From a virus (taxonomy: Duplodnaviria; Caudoviricetes): DNA of 57,897 nt. Both the position numbers and the translations under genes were made by a program. The notes below the pieces were generated by a model. The model searched no databases, was not told the origin of the DNA, and saw only the letters and a list, made by a program, of their open reading frames with translations. Location: positions 1-57,897 of IMG/VR virus record IMGVR_UViG_3300007004_000001; one strand, 5' to 3'. Below are positions 9,606 to 17,338 of the stretch, piece after piece. Every line of letters starts with the position of its first letter. Positions within the stretch are counted from its first letter, which is position 1.

Positions 9606-9781
9606 GGATCGAGCCCCAGACGGCGCCGGATCCACTGGGTGAGCAGCAGGCCGGGGCTCTCGAGGTCGCGCGCCGCCTCCAACTGGGCGCGCTCGGCGTC
9701 GGTGCAGCGAAACGTGATCCGCTGGCCGGCCACGTCGATCATGCGGCGCGGACGGCCGAGCTTGCGGGGCGGGGCGGTCAC
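9602..9781 (-). CDS. Ribbon-helix-helix (MobC/CopG-like) protein, 59 aa, not in the ORF track
   Basis: MTAPPRKLGRPRRMIDVAGQRITFRCTDAERAQLEAARDLESPGLLLTQWIRRRLGLDP; coupled at both ends. Confidence 0.6.
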   Translation of the reverse strand: MTAPPRKLGRPRRMIDVAGQRITFRCTDAERAQLEAARDLESPGLLLTQWIRRRLGLDP

Positions 9782-10029
9782 TCGTCCTCGTCGGAGCAGG
9801 CCTCGGCGAGTAGGTAGACGTCAGAGTGGCGCGATTTGTAGACTTGCCCGTCTACGTCACGCCAGCGAGTACCGTCGCCGGTACCGTCGCACGGCACGAT
9901 CGTGTGCCCGCAGCCGGTGCGCGCGACCAACTCTCGAATGGTTCGCGACGGCTCGGACACCAAGGGTCCGCGACGAGGGTGAGACTGGACGAGGACGTAG
10001 CTAACTCGGGTGAGGTTGCGCTCGGTCAT
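9778..10029 (-). CDS. Hypothetical protein
   Basis: SD GGAG; follows structured element A. Confidence 0.55.
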   Translation of the reverse strand: MTERNLTRVSYVLVQSHPRRGPLVSEPSRTIRELVARTGCGHTIVPCDGTGDGTRWRDVDGQVYKSRHSDVYLLAEACSDEDE

Positions 10030-10055
10030 GGCATCTCCGGTTGGGTTCAGGTTGT

Positions 10056-10107
10056 GAGCTTGCCCGCTCGGCCCCGCGTGGCATCGCGGAGCCTGGCGAG
10101 TCGGCTC
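10056..10107 (-). ncRNA. Structured intergenic RNA element A
   Basis: GAGC-CGA-CUCGC-CA-GGCUCCGCG-loop-CGCGGGGCC-GA-GCGGG-CAA-GCUC; same fold as element B. Confidence 0.55.
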
Positions 10108-10110
10108 GGA

Positions 10111-10359
10111 TCAGCCCTGGCCGGCGGCGATCGCGCGGGCGCAGGCGGCCCAGGCAGCCTCCTCGGTCATCGCGGCGAGCCGCGTGCGCTGCTCCTCCGT
10201 GAGGTCGTCGTAGTCGTGCTCCACGTCGCCGACGTCCTCGCCTAGGGCAATCCTACACAGGACGAACTGCGCGGTGTCGTCGTGCTCGCGGGCCTCCTGG
10301 AGGAGAGCGTGGATCTGCGCCTCGGTGACGAGCGGGATGGGATAGGTCTCGGTGGTCAT
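10111..10359 (-). CDS. Hypothetical protein
   Basis: ATG at 10359 with SD AGGGGAG, downstream of promoter P1. Confidence 0.6.
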   Translation of the reverse strand: MTTETYPIPLVTEAQIHALLQEAREHDDTAQFVLCRIALGEDVGDVEHDYDDLTEEQRTRLAAMTEEAAWAACARAIAAGQG

Positions 10360-10414
10360 GGTCGGTCTCCCCTGTGCTGCGGTTGCGGCCAGCTCCGTCG
10401 CCGACCGTGAAACC

Positions 10415-10470
10415 AGTATGTCTATTCGTCGGACGAAAGTCAACGGGTAGATTTCGGGTCCGTGTCGATT
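10415..10470 (-). promoter_or_regulatory. Sigma70-type promoter P1 with palindromic operator and upstream box
   Basis: TTGACT-17-CATACT. The spacer holds TTCGTC-C-GACGAA; AATCGACA lies upstream. Confidence 0.75.
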
Positions 10471-10742
10471 TCGGCGGCGTCGATCGCGTCCTCGAGTTCG
10501 CGCCGCGCCGAGTCAGCGCGACGCGACGCGACATCGTAGTCGAGCGCCAGCGGGCAGCGGCCGCCCACGGTGCGGATGCCGTCGCCGCACTCCCGGCAGC
10601 TACACGCATCGGCACGCTCCGCGGCGTGGCTGACGGACTCAGCGGCGGCGCGGACCGCATCGCACAGGGCGACGAGGCCATGCAGGCCACGGCTGGCGGC
10701 CTGCTCACGGACTGAGGCGATCTGGTGCTGGGCGAGGTACAT
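10440..10742 (-). CDS. Hypothetical protein (CxCxxC)
   Basis: SD AGGAG; follows structured element B. Confidence 0.6.
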   Translation of the reverse strand: MYLAQHQIASVREQAASRGLHGLVALCDAVRAAAESVSHAAERADACSCRECGDGIRTVGGRCPLALDYDVASRRADSARRELEDAIDAAEIDTDPKSTR

Positions 10743-10775
10743 GGTCTCTCCTGTGTGTGCGCTGGTGTGCGCTGG

Positions 10776-10834
10776 TGAGGTTGCCCGGTCGAGGTCGCGA
10801 GCGGCGTGCTCGCGGCCCCGGCCAGGTCGCCTCA
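10776..10834 (-). ncRNA. Structured intergenic RNA element B
   Basis: UGAGG-CGA-CCUGG-CC-GGGGCCGCGAGC-loop-GCUCGCGACCUC-GA-CCGGG-CAA-CCUCA. Confidence 0.55.
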
Positions 10835-10969
10835 GGCCTGGATGACCGCCTCGCAGCAGGTGCAGACCCAGTATGTCGGCATCGTGATGCGGCGCTCGTG
10901 GGCACAGGCGGCCTGGCGCTGGCGGAGGGTGAGCTTCTTCGCGGCGGGCTTCTTGTTCGTCGTCGTCAT
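10832..10969 (-). CDS. 45-aa basic Zn-ribbon-like peptide, probably leaderless; not in the ORF track
   Basis: MTTTNKKPAAKKLTLRQRQAACAHERRITMPTYWVCTCCEAVIQA; ATG is 6 nt after the -10 box. Confidence 0.6.
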   Translation of the reverse strand: MTTTNKKPAAKKLTLRQRQAACAHERRITMPTYWVCTCCEAVIQA

Positions 10970-10975
10970 GTACCC

Positions 10976-11047
10976 AATCTAGAGTTTCGTCGGGCGAAAG
11001 TCAACTGGGGATCGACAGGGGATGTCGATTCTCGCAACCCATCGACA
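10976..11047 (-). promoter_or_regulatory. Sigma70-type promoter P2 with the same operator and upstream boxes
   Basis: TTGACT-17-TAGATT. The spacer holds TTCGCC-C-GACGAA; ATCGACA/TGTCGAT boxes at 11011, 11023 and 11041. Confidence 0.75.
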
Positions 11048-11257
11048 CTACTCGGCTCTGCCCGTCGGCCGGAACCGCTCCGGCGCGATGTGGACGTCGT
11101 CGGCGCGCCCCGGGATCCACACCACGAGCTCAGCGCCGGTGTCTCTGATGACCTCCGCGGCGCAACCGGCGATCTCGTCCCAGATGTCGCGTTGCCCCGT
11201 CTCGCTGTTGTACGCGGGCCGGATCTCGCCGCGCTGGCCGACTCGGCTGATGCTCAC
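11048..11257 (-). CDS. Hypothetical protein
   Basis: Coupled in the leftward string. Confidence 0.5.
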   Translation of the reverse strand: MSISRVGQRGEIRPAYNSETGQRDIWDEIAGCAAEVIRDTGAELVVWIPGRADDVHIAPERFRPTGRAE

Positions 11258-11469
11258 GGCGCGACCTCCCAGTCCGTGGCGAGGTAGTCGTCGCGGTCGA
11301 AGACGCTATCGCCGGCGTGGCTGTGGAGGTTGTCGAGGCCCTCGCCGTAGTCCGTTTTCCATGACGCCGACTCGTCGCGGAGCAGGAACCATGTGCCGCT
11401 ACACGGTCGCTTCGGATCTGGCTTGCGCCGCATCGGCTTGCCCGTCGCGAGGGCTTCGAGGAAGGTCAT
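11254..11469 (-). CDS. Small phage protein (MTFLEAL...D.LATDWEV pattern, DUF2829-like)
   Basis: Recognisable N- and C-terminal motifs. Confidence 0.5.
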   Translation of the reverse strand: MTFLEALATGKPMRRKPDPKRPCSGTWFLLRDESASWKTDYGEGLDNLHSHAGDSVFDRDDYLATDWEVAP

Positions 11470-11936
11470 AGCGTCACGCCTCGCTCCGCCGCCCACTCGG
11501 CGAGCGGTACCGGCTCTGGACCAGGTGCACCGTCCGCCCAGCGCCACCAGACGCCTAGGCGCTTGCCGAGCGCGACGATCGCGACGGCCTCGGCGTGGCC
11601 GTCCGCTCCGTCGTCGCCAGCGACTCGCCAGATCTCCATGTCGAGGTCGACTAGCCAGCCAGCGCAGTAGACACCCTCGCTCCAGTCGGACATGCGCTCG
11701 CGCAGGTCGTCGATCTGCCGCTCGCGCTCCGCCTTCCTGCTCGCCCGCACCTCGGCGATCAGGCGGCGGACGGTGTCGAGGCAGGCGAGGCGGCCATATT
11801 CGGCGGCATCGTCGGCGTAGGAGACGAACGGCCCGCGTTGCGGCGGACCAGAACGGTTTCTCTCTTGCCGGTCCGCCGCCCGCTCCAGCTCCGCCAGTTC
11901 CTCGTCGGTGAGCGGGGTCATGGCTTGGTCACTCAA
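11466..11936 (-). CDS. Hypothetical protein
   Basis: Coupled ORF; start may be 11921. Confidence 0.55.
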   Translation of the reverse strand: MSDQAMTPLTDEELAELERAADRQERNRSGPPQRGPFVSYADDAAEYGRLACLDTVRRLIAEVRASRKAERERQIDDLRERMSDWSEGVYCAGWLVDLDMEIWRVAGDDGADGHAEAVAIVALGKRLGVWWRWADGAPGPEPVPLAEWAAERGVTL

Positions 11937-12201
11937 GGTCGGAAGCCCTCTCTGGGTGCGCGATCAGCTCGCCGATCGACGCCCACGCCTCCAGCCACAG
12001 ACAGTAGCGGCAGGCGTAGATGCGCATGGGTTGCTCTCCGGACTGGCGTGGCTCGCCGCAGCAGTGGCACACGCAACAGCGCTCGGCCTGCGCGAGGCTC
12101 GACCATTCCGGCGAGCCCATGTCGCTCCGAACGCAAAAGCACGACCCGCACGCGTGCGCTCTGACCACGCCGCTCGGGTCGGTGAGGGGCATGGGGTTCA
12201 T
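11929..12201 (-). CDS. Cys-rich hypothetical protein
   Basis: ATG at 12201; several CxxC pairs. Confidence 0.5.
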   Translation of the reverse strand: MNPMPLTDPSGVVRAHACGSCFCVRSDMGSPEWSSLAQAERCCVCHCCGEPRQSGEQPMRIYACRYCLWLEAWASIGELIAHPERASDLE

Positions 12202-12476
12202 AGCTCGTCCTCTCCCATCAGCTGGGCACGGGTCAGCATCCGCTCGGTGGCGCCGAAAACCGGTGCCATCCTGATCGTGACGATGTAGAAGGTCTGGCGA
12301 TCGCGGCTCACGAGTAGGCCTTGCGGGTCGCTCTGAAATCGCCGGTACAGCGCGAGCGATGCGACCAACGCGGCGCTCTGGAACCCATCGGCCTGCACAA
12401 CAGCGTCCGGGTGCTCGATGTCCGCCTCGTTCATCTGCCGCTCCTCGTCGAGCCACACTTCCCACTGCTCGGTCAT
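12198..12476 (-). CDS. Hypothetical protein
   Basis: SD GGAGG; coupled. Confidence 0.55.
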   Translation of the reverse strand: MTEQWEVWLDEERQMNEADIEHPDAVVQADGFQSAALVASLALYRRFQSDPQGLLVSRDRQTFYIVTIRMAPVFGATERMLTRAQLMGEDEL

Positions 12477-12877
12477 GGCAGATCCTCCTGCTCCAGGTCG
12501 CGCAGGTCGTCCTCAGTGATGCCGCTTTGGCGCGGTGCCTCCAGCGCTGCGATCCGCCGCTCGCACTCGGCGAGGCGGGCGAACAGGCCGGGGCCGAGCG
12601 AGGCGGAGTTATCCAGCGTGGCGAGTACAGGCAGCGGCACCGCGCCGCTCGTCCGCTCGCAGTTGCACGCCGCGTCCTCGGTGGCCAGCGAGTCGCAGTC
12701 CGCGTCATGGCGAACGAGGCGCGCGTACAGCACCTCGTCGTCGACGCTGAACACCCGCGACGGGTCACGGTGAGGCGTCGCGTTCACGACGATCTGACCG
12801 AGGCGCAGGTCCGGGCAGTCCATCCAGTAGGCGCGCAGGCGGGCCAGGATGCGGTCGATGCGGGCGGGGTCTCTCAT
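12473..12877 (-). CDS. DUF1040/YihD-like N-terminal protein
   Basis: MRDPARIDRILARLRAYWMDCPDLRLGQIV...DDE pattern. Confidence 0.6.
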   Translation of the reverse strand: MRDPARIDRILARLRAYWMDCPDLRLGQIVVNATPHRDPSRVFSVDDEVLYARLVRHDADCDSLATEDAACNCERTSGAVPLPVLATLDNSASLGPGLFARLAECERRIAALEAPRQSGITEDDLRDLEQEDLP

Positions 12878-13092
12878 GGGTCCGTCCATGACTGCTCTGG
12901 CTTGCAGGTCGGACAGAGGCACGCCCCTGCGAAGGGGCACTCCTTAACCGGTCCCATGCGCGCCCATGTCTGGCACTCGCACTCGCCGACAACCCGGCCC
13001 GGTCCATTGTCGCAGTTCACGTGATGGTCGCGGATCGCTTTTGCGATCTCAGATGCACGACGCGCCACCTCGTCACGTTCCTGTTGCTCCAT
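12874..13092 (-). CDS. Cys-rich hypothetical protein
   Basis: First gene after attP. Confidence 0.45.
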   Translation of the reverse strand: MEQQERDEVARRASEIAKAIRDHHVNCDNGPGRVVGECECQTWARMGPVKECPFAGACLCPTCKPEQSWTDP

Positions 13093-13318
13093 TTGTTACT
13101 CCAGCTGCGGTTTATCCACACTCAGCGCGGCTCGCTCCGGAACGCCAAGCTGTTGCGATCGTTGGCCAACCCCTGAACATTCATGCGGCTGGCATAGGTC
13201 TGCAAAACCACCATTCGTCAGTTCAATCCTGACCGGCACCTCTCCGACGGAGAATCGCCCCTCCGACCGTGGTCACGAACCGGCCGCCGCGCACCTGAAA
13301 AACTCCATTATTGCTCCG
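13082..13318 (+). other. attP: tRNA-Cys(GCA) 3'-half core (13197-13241) with candidate arm-type sites
   Basis: GGT-CTGCAAA-ACC anticodon arm, GTCAG-TTCAATC-CTGAC T-arm, CGGCACC acceptor strand and U discriminator; no 5' half. Tandem TGTTGCTCCA/TGTTACTCCA and AAAAACTCCA/TATTGCTCCG flank the core. Directly downstream of int. Confidence 0.85.
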
Positions 13319-14387
13319 ACTGATCAGGGTTCTTCTCGACGAGCAATCGCATGGCCTTGGACGCCTCGGCTTTCTCGTCGCGCCCGATCAGGCTGTAGTG
13401 GGCTGTCATCGCCGAGGTCGCGTGCCCGGTGATCGCCCGCAGCACTTCGCCGGTCGTGACCTGGCGCGCGAGGTTGTTGAACGTCCGGCGAAGCCCGTGG
13501 GTCGTGACGCGCGGGACGCCGGCGGCCTTGCACGCCTTGTCCAGCACGGCGCGCAGCGGCGTTCCACGGTGCGCGGTTCCGCGGCGCGTGGGAAACACCA
13601 GACCACTCGCACGGGGCCGGAGCAGGGCAAGGACGGGCGGCGGCAGCGGGACGGTGCGCCAGCTCTTGCGCGTCTTCGGCGTCACCTCGGCGCCTCGCCA
13701 GTTGCCGCGCCGGACGCTGATCTCCATCGTTCGCGTGTTGAAGTCCTCCCAAAAGAGTCCGCTCGCCTCGCCCCAGCGCAGCCCCGTGTAGCCGATGAGC
13801 ATCACGATCGCGCGCCACTGCTTCGGGATCGCCGCTAGCAAGTCGCGCAGCTGCTCGGCGTTGAGCAGGTTCGGGTTCGCCTCGGTGTAGCCGACCGGCG
13901 TCGGGGCCGTGACGCGCTCGCAGAAGTCCCGATCTGTCAGGCCGTCCGCCTTCGCATCCTTCGCGATCACACGCAGCAGGCGCAGCATGTTCAGCACCGT
14001 GTTGTCCGCGAGGCCGGACGCGATGCGCTCGGCGATGAACCGGCGCACGTCGCTTGGCTGGATCGCGTCGACGAAGTGATCACCGAGAGCGGGCAGGATG
14101 TGCTGGTCGAGGTTGTTGGCGTACTTGTACACGACGCTTGGCTTGAGGCGGCTTTCCCGCTCGGCGATCCAGCCACTCACGTATCGTCTCAGTCGGACGC
14201 GGGCCTTCTTCGGACCGACGTCGCGCAACTCGGCGTGGAGCTCGGCGCGCCGCGCCTCCGCCGCCGCCTTCGTCCCCGTCACCGTCTCCATCGCTCCGAT
14301 CTTCGCCCCGGTCTTCGGGTCCCGCGCCTGGACGCGGATCCTCCACTTGCTCGGACCGAGCTTCTCCAGACCGCGCACGAACGCCAT
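13308..14387 (-). CDS. int: Tyrosine recombinase/integrase
   Basis: YTGLRWGEA (R), TPKT (K), HGLRR (HxxR) and ITGH...MTAHY (H,Y). N-terminal arm-binding and core-binding regions. ATG at 14387 after GGAG. Confidence 0.95.
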   Translation of the reverse strand: MAFVRGLEKLGPSKWRIRVQARDPKTGAKIGAMETVTGTKAAAEARRAELHAELRDVGPKKARVRLRRYVSGWIAERESRLKPSVVYKYANNLDQHILPALGDHFVDAIQPSDVRRFIAERIASGLADNTVLNMLRLLRVIAKDAKADGLTDRDFCERVTAPTPVGYTEANPNLLNAEQLRDLLAAIPKQWRAIVMLIGYTGLRWGEASGLFWEDFNTRTMEISVRRGNWRGAEVTPKTRKSWRTVPLPPPVLALLRPRASGLVFPTRRGTAHRGTPLRAVLDKACKAAGVPRVTTHGLRRTFNNLARQVTTGEVLRAITGHATSAMTAHYSLIGRDEKAEASKAMRLLVEKNPDQSEQ

Positions 14388-14574
14388 GCCGTTTCTCCAG
14401 TCGGGCGCGCACGAACGCATCAAGCGTCGCGCGCAGGAACACGTAGGACCCTCGCGGGCCGACACCGTCGGGGACCAGCTCGCCGCGGTAGACGCAGTGC
14501 CGGATCGCGCCGGGCGTGTGAAAGCCGAGGTAGGTCATTGCCTCGGCGGTGTTGAGGTACGGCCGTTCGCTCAT
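14080..14574 (-). CDS. xis: Excisionase-like HTH protein (the first ~64 aa; the tail overlaps int out of frame)
   Basis: YLNTAEAMTYLG...AIRHCVYRGEL...YVFLRATLDAFV; immediately upstream of int. Confidence 0.8.
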   Translation of the reverse strand: MSERPYLNTAEAMTYLGFHTPGAIRHCVYRGELVPDGVGPRGSYVFLRATLDAFVRARLEKRHGVRARSGEARSEQVEDPRPGAGPEDRGEDRSDGDGDGDEGGGGGAARRAPRRVARRRSEEGPRPTETIREWLDRRAGKPPQAKRRVQVRQQPRPAHPARSR

Positions 14575-14583
14575 CTCCGCCCC
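14570..14583. repeat. 14-bp direct repeat, downstream boundary of the type IV-B module
   Basis: CTCATCTCCGCCCC, identical to 18423-18436. Confidence 0.85.
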
Positions 14584-15302
14584 TCAATCGCCGCCATCTC
14601 GGCGCGGTAGTATCGGCGCTCCCATTCGGCGCGACCGTGTCCTCGCCCACGCTTCCCGCCGAGCGTCGACACCCGCAGGTCGTTGCGGTCAAGCCGCCCC
14701 TCCATCGTGCAGGCGTACGCGGGATGAACGGGCAGGTCGTTCCCGGCGAGGTACGCGAAGACGTGCTCGGTCTTCCACCACCCGATCGGCCGGCACGTGT
14801 TACGCGAGACGAGGCTGTTCACCCGCATCGTCATCCGTCGCGTCGAACTCTCCTCGGCGCGGACACCCGACGCGTAGCGGTGGCCGAACTCGCGGGACGC
14901 TTCCTCGAAGGCCTCCTGCGCTCCGTCGTGACCGAGATGCCGATTCCAGTCGTCGTCGGGCAGCACGGCAGGTCGCTCGGCGTATGCGCACGGGTAGCGC
15001 GCGAGGAACGCGTCGCGCACCAGCGCGCAGTCGGGGTTCTCGATCGAGCCGGCCGGGAACCACACCACTGGCAGATCCGCTCCGATCATCTCGGTGGCGA
15101 GGTGCGCCACGACGACGCTGTCCTTGCCCCACGACACGCTCACGTAGCCCGCACCGCCAGCAAAGAACTCGTCGAGCGCGCGGCGCGCATCGTCGATCAG
15201 CCGGCGCATCGCTGCCGTCGCGTAGATCTGCCGATCGAACCCCTCCAGCATCGACCAGTGCCGGAGATCCCCCGGCGTGTGCCGTCGCGACGCGATCAGC
15301 AC
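14571..15302 (-). CDS. cysH: CysH-like PAPS-reductase-family protein (type IV-B accessory)
   Basis: PP-loop SVSWGKDS, GVRAEESSTR and RPIGWWKTEHVFAYL..NDLPVHPAY. GTG overlaps the csf3 stop. Confidence 0.85.
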   Translation of the reverse strand: MLIASRRHTPGDLRHWSMLEGFDRQIYATAAMRRLIDDARRALDEFFAGGAGYVSVSWGKDSVVVAHLATEMIGADLPVVWFPAGSIENPDCALVRDAFLARYPCAYAERPAVLPDDDWNRHLGHDGAQEAFEEASREFGHRYASGVRAEESSTRRMTMRVNSLVSRNTCRPIGWWKTEHVFAYLAGNDLPVHPAYACTMEGRLDRNDLRVSTLGGKRGRGHGRAEWERRYYRAEMAAIEGRR

Positions 15303-16075
15303 TACGGCTCCACGCACGCCGCGAGCCGCGACGCGTGGTAGTAGGGCGGCCGCAGCCCGCCGTACCCCGGTGCGCCGTCGACGGCACCGAGCGGAATACG
15401 TCGCCGCAGTCGCCCCTCCTCGTCGACCACGGAGCGGTCCACGTCGCACTGCTCGACGCGCCACTCGCGCACCGTCCCCGATCCGATGTTGCGCTTCTTC
15501 CCGATCGCCGGCACGTGCGCCGTGAGCAGCGCCTGGATCGCGTCCGGATCGCCGTGCGCGTACCAGACCACCTCACGCGCCAGCACCGTCGGGATCGACA
15601 GGTCGTAGGCCTTCGTCGCGCCCGCGCCGGTGTTGAGCGTCTTGTCCTTGGCGTACCGCACCATCTTCGCCGCCTCCGGCTTCTTCCGCACCTCGAGCAC
15701 GCCTCGTGCTGCCCAGACGGAATCGTCCGCCGCCGACGCGCACCAGCCCCAAAGCTGCGGGTGCGTCCCGTCGCGCTGGCCCGGCGCCGCACCGTCCCGA
15801 TCGCGGCGTGCCTTTCGCAGCAACCTCTCATCGCTCACCTCGCCGACGCGATCGCACCACCACGTGGAGAGCGGCATGCGCAGATCGGTCGGCCACTCTG
15901 CCGTCTCGATCGGCGGGATGGTCAGCCGCGTGCGCATGTCCAGGTCGTGGAACGCCGCGTAGGCGATCGGCCCGTCGATGTGCAGCAGGTCGCCGAGGTA
16001 CGCGATCGGCTCGTCCATCACCGCGATGATGCGCATCGGGACGTAGGCGCCGCGCGATCGCATCGTCCAGGTCAC
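15302..16075 (-). CDS. csf3: Type IV CRISPR Csf3 (Cas5-like RAMP)
   Basis: LHIDGPIAYA, VVWYAHGDPDAIQALL, G-rich loop IGKKRNIGSGTVREWRVE and terminal RPPYY. GTG coupled to the csf2 stop. Confidence 0.85.
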   Translation of the reverse strand: MTWTMRSRGAYVPMRIIAVMDEPIAYLGDLLHIDGPIAYAAFHDLDMRTRLTIPPIETAEWPTDLRMPLSTWWCDRVGEVSDERLLRKARRDRDGAAPGQRDGTHPQLWGWCASAADDSVWAARGVLEVRKKPEAAKMVRYAKDKTLNTGAGATKAYDLSIPTVLAREVVWYAHGDPDAIQALLTAHVPAIGKKRNIGSGTVREWRVEQCDVDRSVVDEEGRLRRRIPLGAVDGAPGYGGLRPPYYHASRLAACVEP

Positions 16076-17055
16076 GCCACCGCCTCGCGGATTGCGGCGA
16101 GGATCTCCGACTTGCGCTCGCGCAGGTGCGCCACGTACTTCGCGCCACGGTCGCCGCCGACGCCGGACACCGCGAGCGCCTCGGTCGGCTCGTACTGCGG
16201 CGTCGTGACCCGCAGCGCACTGCGCAGCTCGACGGCGATCGCCCCGTAGCCGACGCTGTTCTTCGCGCCGATGTGCGTTGTCAGCTCGCCGTCGCGCTGC
16301 CCGCCAGCGGAGTAGTGGAACGCGCTGGCCAGCGCCGCCATCTCCAGATCGGTGATGTCGCCGAACCAGACCGTGCCCCAGAGCTTCGCCCCGGCCGCGA
16401 TGCACTGGTAGTCGTAGATCATCTGCGCGCTGTCACCGCGATCGCTCGGCGTCGACTCGGCGAGCGCCTTCTTCTTCTTGCCCTCGACCTTCGCGGTCGC
16501 CTCGCCGGACAGCAGGCGCACCCCGACGGCCTTGCTCGCCATGTCGTGCCGCGTCCCGAAGTCCTCGACGCGCAGCGCACCGGCCCGCAACTGGAGATGC
16601 GGCGAGTCACGCAGATCGTCGGGTAAGCGCCAGCTGTTCTCCTTGCAGATCAGGTGCAGATGCGAGACGCGGAGCTTACTCTCCGTCATCGCGTTGCCTG
16701 CCGAGTATCCGCACAGCGAGAGCGCCGGAAACAGCTGCTCGAGTTGCCTCGCCGCGCCGAGATCGATCGCCGCGCCGCTCTTGCTCAGATGCCCGCCGCT
16801 GAACAGCAGGTCGACCTCAGCCTTGCTCAGCGATCCGTCCTCGACGCCGAGCGCGTCTAGCGCGTAGCTCACCGCCGACGCGCGCAGCTTGTGCTTGACG
16901 CTGTTCCCCGAGATGAACGGAACGCGCCCGACGCTGCCGTCATCCAGCACCACCGGTTGCATCCTCAGCAGCTGGGTGTTCCCGCTCGTCCCCGCGCCAT
17001 GGAGGATCGGCTCCAACGCCGTCGCCCTGATCTCGATCTTGCCCGTGGTTCTCAT
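16072..17055 (-). CDS. csf2: Type IV CRISPR Csf2 (Cas7-like backbone RAMP)
   Basis: ALEPILHG, VPFISGNSVKHKLR, LLFSGG, FPALSLCG, QMIYDYQCIAAG and G-loop IGAKNSVGYG. Confidence 0.9.
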   Translation of the reverse strand: MRTTGKIEIRATALEPILHGAGTSGNTQLLRMQPVVLDDGSVGRVPFISGNSVKHKLRASAVSYALDALGVEDGSLSKAEVDLLFSGGHLSKSGAAIDLGAARQLEQLFPALSLCGYSAGNAMTESKLRVSHLHLICKENSWRLPDDLRDSPHLQLRAGALRVEDFGTRHDMASKAVGVRLLSGEATAKVEGKKKKALAESTPSDRGDSAQMIYDYQCIAAGAKLWGTVWFGDITDLEMAALASAFHYSAGGQRDGELTTHIGAKNSVGYGAIAVELRSALRVTTPQYEPTEALAVSGVGGDRGAKYVAHLRERKSEILAAIREAVA

Positions 17056-17338
17056 GGTTCTTCCTTTTCAGTTCCAGGTGGTGCTCGCAGAGCGTGTTCG
17101 TCGCGACGCGCGGGTTGTTGCATCTCCGGCACAGGCCGGCGCTCCATCGCTTCCGTTGGTACTTCTTCACCGTCGCTGTTCGCTGCGCGATGCACTCTTC
17201 GCAGCGTCGGCGCCCCGGCTTCGGCGGCTGGTCACACGACAGGTTGCCGATACATCCGCCGGCATCCGCCTTGACGCGCTTCGCCGCGGCGTATCGCGCG
17301 TTACCTGCCGCGACCAGGTGCTTCTTCCGCCGCTTCAC
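16940..17338 (-). CDS. Basic Zn-finger repeat protein inside the csf operon
   Basis: Two G-x-C..C..P...CxxC/H units; resembles 29132-29530. Confidence 0.6.
   Translation of the reverse strand: MKRRKKHLVAAGNARYAAAKRVKADAGGCIGNLSCDQPPKPGRRRCEECIAQRTATVKKYQRKRWSAGLCRRCNNPRVATNTLCEHHLELKRKNHENHGQDRDQGDGVGADPPWRGDEREHPAAEDATGGAG

Noticed and set aside
13191-13241. Functional tRNA-Cys gene
   Set aside because: There is no 5' acceptor strand or D-arm and the anticodon stem is incomplete; it is an att core.
14571-15302. cysH as a sulfur-assimilation auxiliary metabolic gene
   Set aside because: It lacks the C-terminal ECGLH motif and is coupled to csf3, which fits the type IV-B-associated type.
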